Assembly (NCBI RefSeq): GCF_009914755.1
Contig: NC_060925.1
Length of the DNA: 64,000 bases
Direction: 5' to 3' (one strand)
Source: the human T2T-CHM13v2.0 reference genome, Homo sapiens
Position 1 is the stretch's first letter; every line of letters begins with the position of its first letter. Positions 42,201 to 57,363 of the stretch are shown piece after piece. The position numbers and the translations under genes are program-made. The notes beneath the pieces were generated by a model. The model did not search any database and had not been told where the DNA came from. It worked only from the letters and a program-made list of their open reading frames with translations.

Positions 42201-44738
42201 TTGCTTGTCAAAGAAGCAAGCTAAGTAACTAGATGGGTTACTTAAGCAAGAGAATGAGAGAAGTGGGAGAGGACAGGGCACCAACATTCTGGAATGCCAC
42301 AGAATGTTTCCTGTGAAGAATGAATATTTCTCCTGTGGAAGGCAGGTTTGGCTAAGATGCTGCCACCTGCATTTTCCAGGCTGGGAGCAGGCCTTGGCCC
42401 TGGAAAGCAAGCTCTTAGACTTTGGGGAGCACAGGCCCAAATGGGCAACTAGCCCATCCCTAGGGGAAGTCCTTTATGTCACAGCAGCAGCTCCAGCCCC
42501 ACAAATAGATGCCAGTACAGTAGCCCCTCGGATCACAGGAGGTATTTTTGGTGCTGGAAGCCAGCCACACTTTGGCAGGCTTTCAGCATCAAGTCTGTTC
42601 CCTTTAGAGGCGGGGGGTGGCAAGCTATCAGTGTTTAGCATGGGAATGCTGCCTGAGAGTGTGTGCATGCATATATTTACGGTGCCTTGAGTCGGCTGGG
42701 AGGTGGGCTCAGGAGGATGTGTGCCTGGACCTGTGCTTGGGAGCCAAGGGTGCTCCTGCTTGCCAGTGTCAGAGGGCAATGTTTGGATGGTGCACTGGCT
42801 GTTGCCCGGTTTGTACCTGGCTCCCAAAGCTGAGACCACTGATGCCACCACCAAGTTGATTGGTCTCTGCTCTAAGATGCATGTCATCTTTCACTTGCCC
42901 TGAGCCCAGGCTTGCCACTATAGACAGGCAGGAATGTGGTCCCTTCTGTCTCCCTACCAGGTACCTCACCTTCATCCAGCAGATGCTGTCAGGCAACCCC
43001 AGCAGCAGAGCAGCCTCCCCTTAACCCCTACATTGTTAGGAACAAAGGGATTGGTCCAGACAGGCCAGCCTGGAGTGTGTGGGCCAAGTCCTGTGAATGG
43101 AAGAGAGAGACTGCGGGATGCCAGAGTGGTGGGTCTCAGCCCAGGCAACGGGGCTGGCAGCCCAGGACACAGGAACAGGGCATCTGCTCCGGGGTTCTCA
43201 GTACCATTCATAAAGACGTCACCCTTCCCTCCCCTCCCCTCCCCTCTCCTCCCTTCACAAATCCCACTTTCCTGTGTACTTTAAACAGTAGCAAGCCTGT
43301 TAAGGCTCCAAATCAAACAAGGCAGGATTTCGCTCCTTTCTCACTAAACCTCCCACGAGCAGAGCTTATGTCCCTGTATACCTCGTCCTCTTTCCCTAAC
43401 CCTCCCTCCCCTCCTCCATCCATCTAGTGTGTTGCTCTGGGAGAAGAATATTCTCTGTGAAGCCCAGGCAACTGCAGTCCCAAACCTACTTAAATAGGTC
43501 CCTGGAACAGTTTGCAAGGCTCTGGCATTTGCAAGGTCAGAAGGCTTCAGAGGAGGGGTGGGGTAGGGGAGTGTGGACAACTGGGCTCCAGGCATGGAAG
43601 GTGAAGGCTGAGGCTCAGGACTTATTTTTTTTTTTGCTCTATTCCTAGCACTAAGGGTCAGGAAAAGGGCCTTCCTCTCTTATTTTTTCTAAAAGAATCC
43701 CCCCAAAGGAGAAACTAATCATTTGGTCACATAATCCCTGGGTAAATCTCTTGGTGCCTCAGTTTCCTCCTTTATAAAGTGGAATAATGTCCCTTGCATT
43801 TCATGTCTTGCAAGATGCTGACTATGAAAGAGCTTCACAAGCCAGAAAGCATTATACAAATCCATGGGAATGTTCTCTTAAAACCTGAAAGTTCCATCCG
43901 GAGGCAAACCTATTTCCCAACTGTACAACTGCAGTTCTTCTCTTGGTTGGTTTTCTAGGAAAAACAGCTGGGCTCACCAGAAATATCCCTTTGCTTATGG
44001 GGTCATTGTTGTCCATCACCTCGGGGTCCCTCCTTCTCTCCTACTCTTCCACTCAAAAATGCTGCAGAGAAAAAGAGATTCTGTCCACAAACCTTCATCT
44101 ATGGAATCACAAAGCACACCCAGGCTGGAGTTGGTCCTCATTACTAAGCAGCCCACGTACACACCCACACCCTCCCAGGGAGCAAGAGAAGAGAGGGGCG
44201 GCTGAGGTGCCTTGGAGAACACGCTGTGATTGCATAGAAATTAGCATGGTCCCATTCCCTGTGGGCTGAGATGTATTATGTGAATGTGCTTTTGGGGTCC
44301 ACCCCTGCTCAGCAGCCCTCACTGGCCAGGAATCCCCTGCCTGTTCTGAGTCACTGACCTCCTGTCTTTGCTGCATAGCCTGGTTCAGAGGACAGTTGCT
44401 GCCAGAACTACAGTTGGGTTCTAAGGCTTTCTGAGGGCTCAATGTCTTCTGGGCGGGCCTGCCAGGGCTTTCTCGGGGTGGGGGGGGGGGGTAAGACTGG
44501 ACAAAATCAGCGCCATTTATTTGCTTTGAGATCAGAAATTCACAGAACTGGTAGGAAGTAATCATTTTGTCCCATCGTCTTCATTGAGACAAAACAATAC
44601 TTTTTCTTCAGTTGCCCATAATTATCAAAATATAATGGTATAAGTTAAAATATATTGAATTCCTACTCTGTGCTAATCCTAATCCTCACAACTCTAATCT
44701 TACAAGGTAATTAAGTAATTATTATCACCCACTCCCTC

Positions 44739-44892
44739 TTTTTTTTGAGTCAGTGTCTTGCTTTGTTGCCCAGGCTGGAGTGCAGTGGTGCGATCATAGC
44801 TCACTGCAGCCTCAAACTCTTGGGCTCAACCAAGCCTCTTGCTTCGGTCTCCAAAAGCTCTGGGATTACAGGTGTGAGCCACCATGCCTGGT
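44739..44892 (-). mobile_element. Alu monomer (FLAM-like) inserted in a MIR
   Basis: About 140-bp single Alu arm; MIR sequence (cccattttacagatg...aaggtcacacag) resumes after it. Confidence 0.8.
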
Positions 44893-47800
44893 TTATCATC
44901 CCATTTTACAGATGCTGAAACCGATGATCAAGAAGTCACATGATGGTCCTAAGGTCACACAGGTAGTGTGTGGTATGGCCAGAATGTAAATGCAGGCTGA
45001 TCTGGCACCCATTTTCTCGAATTTTGCCCTTTTCTGATGAGGAGAAAGTGATGAAAGTGTGGGGGCCCATCAATGTGGGAGTTTGAAAGCCAGTAAGTGG
45101 GAAGCAACAGGCCTCAGCCTGCTTCTTAGCATTTCCCCGGCCAAAGACCTGGAGCCCCTGCCACAGGAGAATGCCCCCAGACTCATCACGAATCAGGCAA
45201 AGCATCGCAGAGCTTTAGTTCTGCCGAGGGTCAGGAGCATCGTTTTCTCTTACAAAGGAGAGCATGTTGTTGTAATTGTTTTCATGATTTTTTTAAACGA
45301 TCATACTAATGAGCTCAATTCTCCTCTATTTTATAGTGGGTGTGTGTTTAATAATGGGAATTGGCCTGTAGGAAAGAAGTTGCCAATACATGCAAATCTC
45401 TGCTAGCTTCTGTCACCTCTGCCCTGTACAACACCACATATGTGGCCACGCCTGCCTTTCAGAATAATGGGATAATTGGGTGCAACCCGTGTCACCCCCA
45501 CCCCTTAAAGAGAACATGCCAGTCGGTCTTTGTGGAAATCCACGGGGAGCTGGGTGAGCAAAACGCCAGTGTCTGACTTCGCCTTGATTGCATCTGTGCC
45601 CTACAAACCCCAACAGAATTGAACTCACAGCTCCTCCTAATTAGGGGAGAAAGAAAGACAAGAATGATAGCAGAAGAATTTCTTCCTGCTTCTGACTGCA
45701 AGCTCTTCAGGGACAGCCCATTAAGCCCCCAGCCTCCAACTTCTGTTTCCTGACTCATATCTGGAGTACCTAACACGGTGCCAGGTTCTCCCTGGGACTA
45801 TAGCCCCGAGTGTGACAAGAGTGATGAACAGGGGCTGGTTTGAAGAGCCAGTCCCTGCTCTGGGGGCCTGTCTCTGGTATACTGTGAGGCAATGCCAAGT
45901 GGCGGCCCAGGGGGGATCTGGGAGGCCTCAAGCCAGACAGGTGAAGGCTGGTCCAGGGCCTTGCAGGGGTGGGTGGGACCTTGCCCGGGAAGGAGGCTGG
46001 GAGAGTGAAGTCCACCACTCCATGCAAAAATAAACAAACACGCTGTTTAAGCAAATCAAATATCCTGACATCCAGGTGCAAACCACAGTGCCTGCCCCAT
46101 GCTATAAATTTAGGACAGGGTGTGAATTGCTAGTGTCTGAAAAGAAAAATCCAGAAGTGGCACAAGCGCTGGGCAGGCAGGGATCAACTGCATCAGCGCT
46201 GACATCATGAAACAATTAATAACCACATTAACAATGTTTTCCATATTCTGAGTTTCGAATTCCTAGAAGGAAAGGTCCACGTTTAGGTTTCCCCTCTTAG
46301 TCAGTTTAATATTAAGTTCATTATGATTCCTTTTGTGAAATACTCTCTTGCCGGGGATTATGAGTGCTATATGGGACAGAAAAGAAAGATCAGCAAAAGC
46401 AGTTCTCTTTTTCCATCATTCCCTTCTGGCTTTCCTCCTCTTTCTCTCTGGGGCTGCAGCACTGATTTTCTGGAATGGCTTCTTTTGACTTAGAATCAAT
46501 CAGTGCTGGTAGGATGAAGGCTGCTGTCTCCATTAACAACAGCAACAACAGAACTAAAAAAAAACTCCACCTTGGGAGTCGGGAGACCTGGGTTTGATTC
46601 CTGACTCTGCACTCCCTGGCAGTGTGACATCACATAGGTCACCTTCCCTCCTCTGGCCTTGGTTTCCCCACCTGTAAAAAGCAGGAATTAGCTTTGATGC
46701 ACCCTCTACTCCCCAGCACAACCGCCAGCTTGCTATGCTGCCGCCCTTCCAACTCTCTCCTTGGAGAACGGTGGAAGGATGTTGACGCCAAAAAAAAAAA
46801 AAAAAAAAAAAAAAAGGCTTCTTTTAATGCCTAAGAAACTCACTGCCTAAAAAATCAACGAGGGAGTGCAATCCAGGGACAGAGCTGAGAAATAGGATTT
46901 TGCCTTTGAATTATCCCAAGTCGGATGATTTCTCTCTCTGCCTGTCTTTGATAAACGCTCCCATTCAGGGCTCTGGTGTTATGAATCTTTCTGAGTCATG
47001 GGTGGCTATAGCCCCTTCGATCCATTCAGCTGACAATATTTCCTGACGTTTCAAAGGCCAAGAGCATAGGACAATCCCGTAGTGTCTCTTTACCTTCTCT
47101 CTTCTTCCCCATCCCTCAAGCTCCAGCCTCCACTTTTTCCTGTGGAATTCCTACTTTGGCATTGTTGCACAAGGTCGTGATATGACAGCAAACCCAGCCT
47201 TGGCGATTGCCCAGGGTGCGGGAGCCCCAGCTCCTGGTCTCCTGGAGAAGCCGGCAGAAAGCCTTCTGTGGTCTCTCCAGGACATCACCCACCCCTGGTG
47301 GAATGACAGGGAAGTTTCCTGGCTTCAGAAAAGCAGGGCAACCTGGCAGCCGCCCCCTCCTCTGCAGTTATCAGTGTGGTTAATAATTATTACCCTGTGT
47401 TAATCACGACAGCGGAAGAGTAGCAGGCCGTTATTTCGAAATGATCGGCTCCAGTCAATGACTACTTATGACAGCAAAAGGGAAACATCAGCTCCGGGGA
47501 GCCCCCATGTAAATGGGGAGTTGAAAGAAAGATCAGGAATAATGGAACGTGTGTTTAGTTCCATTTTCCTCCCTAAAAGGGCCCTGTCAGAGTAATTTCC
47601 CCTTCCATGTACTATACCTCTCCATTATTTACAATATCTTCTTGGGGGAATAAAACAACGCAGAACCGCTCCTCCTCATCTCCCACCCCCTGCCTCACCC
47701 TCCCCTCTCCCCACCCCCATCAATTGTGTCTCTTTCTGGAGTTTGGCAAACACAGCTACTTTCTCCTGCTGTGCTTTCAGTGGAGCTGAAATGACTGTGG

Positions 47801-48535
47801 CTCTAGTTATTTTTTTCCCTTAATCATTCTTTTTCTTTCTTTTTTGCAGGAGAACATTTTCACGAAGCACAATCACAGAAGAACAGAATGTCCTGATGTT
47901 TGGGTGAGCAGCATGCATTTCTTTTCTTTTTTTTCTTCCCCTTGAATAAAAATTACACTCCACAACCATAATATCAGAGGGCTAAAGGCCATCTTTCAAA
48001 CTTTCTCATAATCTTGCGCTACCCTCTGTGCTCAATCTTATTTCTGACAGCCCCCTCCCTACCACCCCGGGGTGTAGTGGTTCCTTGAAGATACTAAGTT
48101 CATTTCACTCCCCTGAATCTACGCTCATGTTAATCTTACAGTCTGGAATGTGGCATTCCCCTGCCTCACTTCCCACAGTCATCCAATGCCTGAACAATCT
48201 TTAGGACCTTCTCAAGGTCCATCTCTTTTAAGATGCCATGGCGCTTTCTGTTTATACAGAATTTTAAGGATTTGTACACTAGCTTCTTTTCATTGTGAAC
48301 TTGTAACAGATAAGTCATTTAATAAATATATGTTGAAATATTTTCACTAGTGGTATCTGCTTTTTCAAAAGAAACTCATTTCAGAAATGAGAGAAGCAAG
48401 GATACTCAGAGAGCATAAGTGACTTGTAGATCACATGTCCAGGAAATGGCAGAGAAGTTACTGGAACCCAGGTGTTTTAATTTCAAGTCCAGCATTCTTT
48501 CTCCTCTGCTGCATTCTGACTGCAATTCCCTCTGA

Positions 48536-48890
<355 letters not shown>

Positions 48891-50162
48891 ACCGGGGCAC
48901 TTCACCTTCATCTTTCCCACTAGATTGCAAATTCCTTAAAGGCAAGGGCTATGCCTTATGTTTCTCTTGCACCTTCCATCTGAAGTGAAAGTTTTGTATT
49001 AATTCCCTATAGCCATTGCCCATCCCAACTTTTCTTCTCTCTGTCAAGACTGGCACACCATCATGGAGTCACACTTTGGAAGATCTTTGTTCTGATGCTG
49101 GGACCCCTGTGGGCCTGGGATGGAAAACACCCATGATCTCTGTTTCTCTCTAAGGCTGACACCAGGACCCATCCAGTTCTGCTCCACTAATCTGGATCCC
49201 TCTTTCATACACAGAAGCTGACCACAGGGAATGTCAGGATGCCAAAAATCTCCTTTGGGACATTAGATATGCCTTGAATTTCACCACTACAAGTTCTACC
49301 ATCAGGGAAAACCACTAACATCTCTGGCCCTGTTTAAACAAGGTACTATCTTCTCTTTCCTTTTGACTGATGAGCTCAGAAAAGACCCTATGATAAAGGA
49401 ATGTGCCAAATTGCTCTGCAGTTTCTATATGTACCTCATCCCAGGACCTATGAATCACCTCTGTGCTTTTGATGAGCTTTAAAGTCCAACGAATGCTAAC
49501 TTCTCTTAATGTCATAATTACATTTAACAGTTAATATTAATAATGAATGTGGTCATGTGTATAGCAAGTTGTCATTGACAAAGTTTTCATGTACATTAGA
49601 AGCAGGTAGATACATACTAAGAAGACTGCCGGGTTCCATTGCTATTGCTAAGAGCACAGATTTCAGAGTGGGTTTGATTCCTGGCTCCAGGGCTCATTCC
49701 ACTGTGGTTTCAGCAAAGTTGCTTAACCTCTATCTAATGTCAGTCTCCTCAATGGTAAAATGGGAAAAGAATGTGAACATCATAGAGTTGTTATGAGAAT
49801 TAAATGAGAGGCTTGTAAACCACAGTGTCTGGCACAAGAAAAACTGCTACTTACAGGACAGTTTCTCTGTGACAGTCATTGTTCTGTCACTAACTGGTGA
49901 TGTGGCTTTGGGAAATCAGACAGCCTTATTTTCCTCCTCTGGAAAGCAAGAAGCATGGCATCCTGGTATATTTTGGTTTTCAGGCCAACACATTAAAATA
50001 GGTAGTCACAGTTTTGATCCCTGCCATAGGCACTATTGTAATTTCCATATATTTGCTCATAATAGTTATTAAATCCTTGGTTCCAGTTTTGGACCTGACC
50101 TGAAACAATGCACAATGATTGCTAGAACACAACCTCTGACTCCCAATCCTAACAAAAAATGA

Positions 50163-50529
<367 letters not shown>

Positions 50530-51346
50530 AATTGTCTCTATTTTCAAATGTGGAAACTGAGGCTTAGGAGAGTAAGTGCCTTGTGCAAGGTGATGCAGCT
50601 GATATATGATGGATCCAGGGTTGAAACAAGACCTATTGATTCCTAGTCCCATGCACCATTCATGAAGATGCAGGGCTTCTTCTACAAGTCTCTGGATGAT
50701 TTCTTGTCCTCTGTGCAGATTCCATCTTGGTTTTTGACCCTGGTTTCTAGAGAAGGGAGCACTGCTGTCCACCCCTGGGAACAACAGCATTGCCTCAGAA
50801 CCATCCCTCTCAGGCAATTCAGTGGAGGAGGACACAGTGACCTTGAGGCTGAGTCCACTCCACTTTGTCTCCCCTTCTGCTCCTCCCAGACTGCCCTGGG
50901 AGATCTTGCCTTTAATGGCATTAGTATGTGCCTTCTGCAATGCTGATTAAATTATCTAATTGTTTGGAATTGGATGGAGCTCCTGAGTCAGGAATGCCAC
51001 TTGACAACCCTGGGGACTGGGGTCTGGTTTCTGCCTCAGGAGCCAGCACAAAGTGTGCAATTATTCTTCATGGGGGTAGGAGAAGGCAGCACACATGCAA
51101 AGAACCAGTACCCTTCTTGAGGAGGGGAGGGTCCGGTTGGGACTCTGCCTCAAGGGCCTACAATGGCTTTCATTCCTCTCTACTTCTCATTCACAGCCAC
51201 ACTTCTCTCTGTCACGATAGGACAGTGTGGGGATCAGTCTAAAAAGATGTTTCTGTATGAACTCCCAAAAAAGGAACCCTCACCAATTTAGGACTATAGC
51301 TTATCATAGTTGGAAAAAACCTTCAGGCCATTTAGTCTTACCCTCA

Positions 51347-51605
51347 GTTTTAGTTTCCGAGGTTGCATACCAAATGACCACAAACTGGGTAACTTAAAAC
51401 AATAGTTTTTGCTCTCATAGTGCCGGAGGCCAGAAGTCAGAAATCACGGTTTCAGCAGGGCCAGGCTTCTTTTGAAAGCTCTAGGGAGAAATCTTTCCTT
51501 GCCTCTTCCAGCTTCTGGTGGTTGTCCGCAATCCTTGGCATTCCTTGCCTGGAGCTGTTTCACTCCAATTGGTACCTTTGTCCTCATATGGCCATGGCCA
51601 TCTTC

Positions 51606-51640
<35 letters not shown>

Positions 51641-51822
51641 TCACATGGTCTTCTCATAAAGACACCGGTCATTGGATTTAGGGCTCACTCAAATCCAGTA
51701 TAACCTCATCTTAACTTGGTTATGTCTGCAAAGACCCTATTTCCAAATAAAGTCACATGCAGGGGTACCAGGAGTTAGATTTGAACATATGTAACTTTTC
51801 GGAGAACACGATTCAACTCCAC
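51347..51822 (-). mobile_element. MLT1 (ERVL-MaLR) solo LTR containing a (TG)n tract
   Basis: accacaaactgggtaacttaaaacaa...ggaggccagaagtc...ttccagcttctggtgg...aagaccctatttccaaataaagtcaca. Confidence 0.85.
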
Positions 51823-52416
51823 TCCACCCTCTGTAAGAATATCTTCTACATCAACTCAGCAAGTCGTCATTCTTTATTTCCTTGGATCCATCCGATAACA
51901 GGACATTCACCACCTTATAACTTTTAAAGGGTCTAGAATATATTACCAATAACCTTGAATACTGTCATAGTTTTAAAATCCTCTTAGCAAGAAGATTCTT
52001 AAATTCTAGACTAAGTTTTTCTTATGAACCTTCATCCAGTGAAAGCAATGATTTCTCCGAAAGCCTTGGGCAAAAGGCTTTTTTCTACCACTGACCTCTT
52101 TTCTGATGGCAATACAGTGAGCAGCTGGGAGGCTCCCGTTCCCCATTGCAGTTTTGTGTGCATCCCAGTGAGAGAAAGAGACCCAGCATTATCACAATAA
52201 AATACTTATGATTAGCATCCCTATAGGACTCTTTGCCTTCAAAGCCTTTCAGTCCCCTTCTTTGGCACACATTCAAGCATGTTTGCCCACCCCCTTGGGT
52301 TTCCTTCCTCCCTCATAACCTTGGCCTTCTGACCTGAATAGTTTTTTGCCCTGCTTCACACTGTGGAAGCCAGGGAGACCAGAGTGAGCCGCAGAGAGTG
52401 CACTGAGACAGGCAAT

Positions 52417-52472
52417 TGTGTGTGTGTGTGTGTGTGTGCGTGCACATGTGTGTGTGCGTGCACACGCGTGCA
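52417..52472 (+). repeat. (TG)n / alternating purine-pyrimidine tract (Z-DNA-prone)
   Basis: tgtgtg...gcgtgcacatgtgtgtgtgcgtgcacacgcgtgca. Confidence 0.85.
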
Positions 52473-53787
52473 CAGTGCCTATGATTAAAAGGGTCTGTTG
52501 GGTTTAATGGATGCATTTGATTACCATGATGACTCCCTCCCTGGAGCTTTCCAAAACAGCCAGATGTACCAGGAGGACCACCTCCAGTTTTTGCCTTTGG
52601 TTCAAACTGTGGGCAGGGGCACAGGGAATGGTGAGGATTATGTGGACCTGCACAATGGAAGAAAAACTTAAGCCTTATTTCTATAGAACCCAACTGCCAT
52701 CTCTTTCCACCAGGACACCAATTAAAGGATCTCTAGCCTATCGAGTCCTGGGGATAAAAGTGAAAAGAGTGAAAAGGCAGACTTGGAGGAAGCCAACAGT
52801 GCTGCTACTCCTGGGGACCCCCTGCCCCCAGCCTTCCCATCCACCCACTGCCTCCTTTCACTGCTAGATGGATGATCAAGAAAAATCAAATGAGAGAGCT
52901 CATTTAAAGTTGTTGTTGTAGGAGGAGATAATCTTTTCTTAGCCCACTCCCTGCTCTCTTTTCAACTTGCACTGGGTGTAATGTCCTGGACCCAGGTCTG
53001 GGGATGGCCATTGCCACTAAAGCTTAGGCAAGCGGAGTTGAGTCTGATTCTTGCCTTCTACATAGCTGCAGAGATGTGATATTAGGCTGTTTGGCTGCGA
53101 TTAGATGCCAGCAACTCTAACTTGGCTTCATTCTTACCACAAGGCTTCAGTGCACTGACTATCAGCTCTGATGACATGAGAATAGGTGAGACTGTCACTG
53201 CTGCAGCACAGGAAGTGAAAAGCCTGATTGGTCAGGGAGGCAGGTGACTTTGAGTCTAGTCCTTTAACTGCTGCCTTTAACTGTCTTTCTGAGTCAGGCC
53301 ACACTTTTCTCACCTTAGGGATTCAGGAAAATCCCCAAGTTTCCTTCTGGCTCTAAAGTCCTGCCTGTGGGTGGAGAAAGTGCCCTTAGAGAGATCGGAA
53401 GATTGGTGTCATCTCTGCTCCAGGGTGATCTTAGGATTGGGAAAGGGAAGCAGCTGCTTTTCTAATGGTGGACAGCACTCCAGACCAGAGGGTCACAAAG
53501 CTGGGTTCATCCCAAGTATTGACCAACTGTTTGACCTTGAAAATGTAGTTAACCTTTATATGCGACCAATTCTCTTTCAAAAGCAGAAACCACACCCTCC
53601 ACAGTTCTTAAGTTTTCTCTGAAGAAAACCATCAGGATAAATAAAATGATAAGCTAAATTTTCCTTTGGACTGTGCTAGCAGCATTGCACCATCTCAAGC
53701 AGCAGAGGGGAGAATCTATTTAGAAACATCCACTGAAAGCGCCTGTGCTCTATCAGTACATTTATACTGAGTGGCTATGATTTTGAT

Positions 53788-53967
53788 CAATGGTGCTCAA
53801 ACTGGCTGCATAATAGAAGCATGCTTTATCATTTAATTCGGATTCTTGTTGATCACTTTTGAAGATTTACTGAGTTTTGGGTATAATTTGGCAACCTGTA
53901 TTTTTAACAAATCTGAAAAAGCTGTAAAGGTAATTTGGATGCTTATCCAGGGCTGAGAGACACTGAT
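53788..53967. mobile_element. MER5-like hAT-Charlie MITE
   Basis: Ends caatggtgctcaaact...ccagggctgagagacactg; internal ctgtatttttaacaa. Confidence 0.55.
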
Positions 53968-54844
53968 TTATGCATTTAATTTAGCAAATTTTCATTGAGG
54001 CTGTGGCTGCGTGGAATGTAAAGCTGTGTAAGGGTTGGTCTGGTTTCGGCTTTCTAGGAAATCCTAGTAATTTTTGCTACCAAAGGAGGCAGGCATGAAT
54101 GCAATGAATTGTAATCGGGTAAGACTCAGGCACCAATAACTACAACAGAGGAGTGAACAATCAGAATGGAGGGTAACTATGAACAATTAGTGTGTCCATT
54201 CCAGTATATTGTCAGGCAGGGTACACCTCTGGCTGTAATCAGTTTGATGAGTACTCCATTCATGGTGGTGATGCCTCAGAGGAGCAACACTGGAACTGAG
54301 CCTCGAAGAGTCAGAAGGATACAAATATATCTCTGAATTTGCTTAGAGTAATGTGTGGAAGAATACAGTATTGAAAGATAAATCATAAAAATAACAAATT
54401 TACCCACAGAAAGAGAGAAGGAATAGAGACCAGGATAGAGATTAGACTTTAAATATGCCATGGTTTTATGGATTTGCTTTTGAAGCTATGCAAATATTTT
54501 TACATAATTTTGTAACAAAAGACAAAAAAGCAATTCCTAAAATTTTATAAAGTAAAATGAAAGCAAAAGGAAAGTACTTAAATGTATTTCCAGTTACAGC
54601 TTAATCATACCAGGGAAGTATTTCAAGTACTGTAAAAAAATAAGTATTTTTTTATGTCCTTAGTGGGGTATACCCTAAGAGCAACAACAACAACAAAAAC
54701 AAAAACAAAAACAAAAAATCTTAAGCTATTCTTAGTAATCATATTGTTGGTGGTAGTGAAGTGATAGTGTCTGTGAAGTATGTTAGGTATGTATATTGTT
54801 TTATGTGTATGTGTTATATATGAGTAATCATATGATTGTCATAG

Positions 54845-55170
<326 letters not shown>

Positions 55171-55866
55171 GGATTTTTTTCTTATGGGAGAAAGATACAG
55201 ATGTGAGATTGACAAAGTGAAGAAAAACCTGTGGTTCTGTATTTGCGCTGGAAGTATCATTATGAACTTGAGCTCTATATTATTTTTAAAAAATATGTGT
55301 TTACTGGCTCTATCTACCAAAAAGAACAAAAATAATGAACAACCTAGTATTACTGAACACCTCTAGCTCTCAGACTATGTTTTCTAAATACCATTTTCTC
55401 TTAAAAGGAACCAGAGTTTCTTGAAGAAATGTCTGAGTCCAGATTCATGGAAGGAAATATACAAGTCTGGAAAGTCTTGTTATACCAGAAAACAGAGTAA
55501 GTATCAAACACTACTGTCATGTCAAAAGAACTCAGGAATGTACTTGAATAGATTCTTACTGATCAAACATGAAATACTTTGAGAATAAGAAAGGATAATA
55601 ACTGCAAAGGATTGAAATTCACAACAAATATGTTTACTTTTTGAGTTTATAATGATACTTGTATTAGTCATTGAAAAAACTTTCATTATTTTAAAAACTA
55701 AGTAAAACGAGAAAAAATCAAGCATTTATTTTGATTCTCTTATATGATCTATATCTTGGGATGATCAAGTAGATGAGGGGAAGTTGCTCTTTATAAAAAT
55801 ATTTCAACTAAAAAACAAATAAGGAATAAAGCAATTAAAATGTGACAATTTTGCAACCTCCCTAAT

Positions 55867-57363
55867 TAGGGTTGCCAGATATAGCAAATAAAAACATTAG
55901 GACCCTTGCTTAAATATGAATTTCAGATAAACAACACATAATTGCTTAGTATATGTCTCATGAAATATTCGGGATATAACAGAGGACTTTAAAAAGTTCA
56001 TGGAAAATGGAATTAAATATAAAAATAAAAAATAGAAACTTTATTTCTCAACATAAGCCTTGTCAAGTTTAATACACTTTTGTTGGTGATGATACCAGCC
56101 ATTTAGTCCATCCCTAAAGAACTGAGGGCCCTGGAAATTTAACCATGTCAATGCAGTCTTTTTACATTATTAACTAAAGAAAACGGGTGCCATTTAAAGA
56201 TCTTTTTAACATTAGGAAACAAAAGGAAGTCAGAAGGAGACAAATCAGGACTATAAGGTGGATATGTAATGGTTTTCCATCAAAACTCTCACAAAACTGC
56301 CTTTGTTTTATTTGTTTGATGAGAGGAAGGAGCAGGTATATTGTGGTTGAGAAGGACTTGCTGGTGAAGCTTTCCTGTGTGTTTTTCTGCTAAAGCTTTG
56401 TCTAACTTTCTCAAAACACTCTCATAACAAGCAGATGCAATTGTTCTTTGGCCCTCCAGAAAGCCAACACACAAAATGTCTTGATCAACTCAAAAAACTG
56501 TTGCTATGAACTTTGCTCTTGACCAGTCCACCTTTGCTTTGACTGGACCACTTCCCCCTCTTGGTAGCCATTGTTTCGAGTGTGCTTTGTCTTCAGGATT
56601 GTGCTGGTAAAGCCATGTTTTATCTCTAGTTAAGACTCTTCAAAGAAATGCTTTGAAGAAACGAGGGGGATCAAGATCCACTGAGCTTTACAATTTCCAT
56701 TGAAAACTCTGCACTTGTTTGCAGCTAATCTGGGTGCAACGATTTTGACACCCATCAATGGTCAGTTTGCTCAACTTTAATTTTTTGGTTAGAATTGTGT
56801 AAGCTGAACCAATTGAGGTATCCATAGTGTTGACTATTGTTTGTGCTGTTAATCATTGGTCCTCTTCAATTAGGGCATGAACAAGATTAATTTTATCCTC
56901 AAAAATTTATGTGGATAGTCTGCTGCTGTAGGTTTCAAATTGAAAATTGTCGCATCCCTTCTTAAGACGAGTTATCCATTTGTAAGCTACTGGTTTCTTT
57001 GGGGCATTGTCACCATAAAGATTTCATAAAACAGCAATGATTTCACCATTCTTTCAAGCCTCCCCATAAATTTGATGGTTCTTGCCTCAATTTTAGCAGA
57101 ATTCATGTTGCTCTGATAGGAGCTCTTTTCACACTGATGTCTTATCTTTCTTGGTGCATCAAACTAGATTCTGTTCAGACATGTTATAACAGATTAGAAT
57201 GAGTGTTTTGGTGCAAAAGGTTTTTGAAATCCTTGCGTTGTTTTTTCATAATACACATTTTCCATGAGTTTTTGAAGGCCCCCATACTTATTCTAAATGA
57301 TCATTCATTGTTTATCTGAAATTCAAATGCAACTGGATATTCTATATTTTGTTTGGCAACCCA
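55867..57363. mobile_element. MER53 palindromic hAT MITE, split into 55867-55978 and 57285-57363
   Basis: TIRs tagggttgccaga...tggcaaccc; internal inverted gaatttcagataaacaa / ttgtttatctgaaattc. Confidence 0.8.
55979..57284 (-). mobile_element. Essentially full-length Hsmar2 mariner transposon (decayed transposase)
   Basis: About 1.3 kb; TIRs ...aaaaagttcatggaaaatg / cattttccatgagtttttgaagg; TA duplication at 55977 and 57285. Transposase remnants FLEGQRTIASACYESVLRKLDKALAEK...GKLH and PYSPDLSPSDFLLFP (mariner YSPDL motif, about 56212-56260). Confidence 0.9.
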
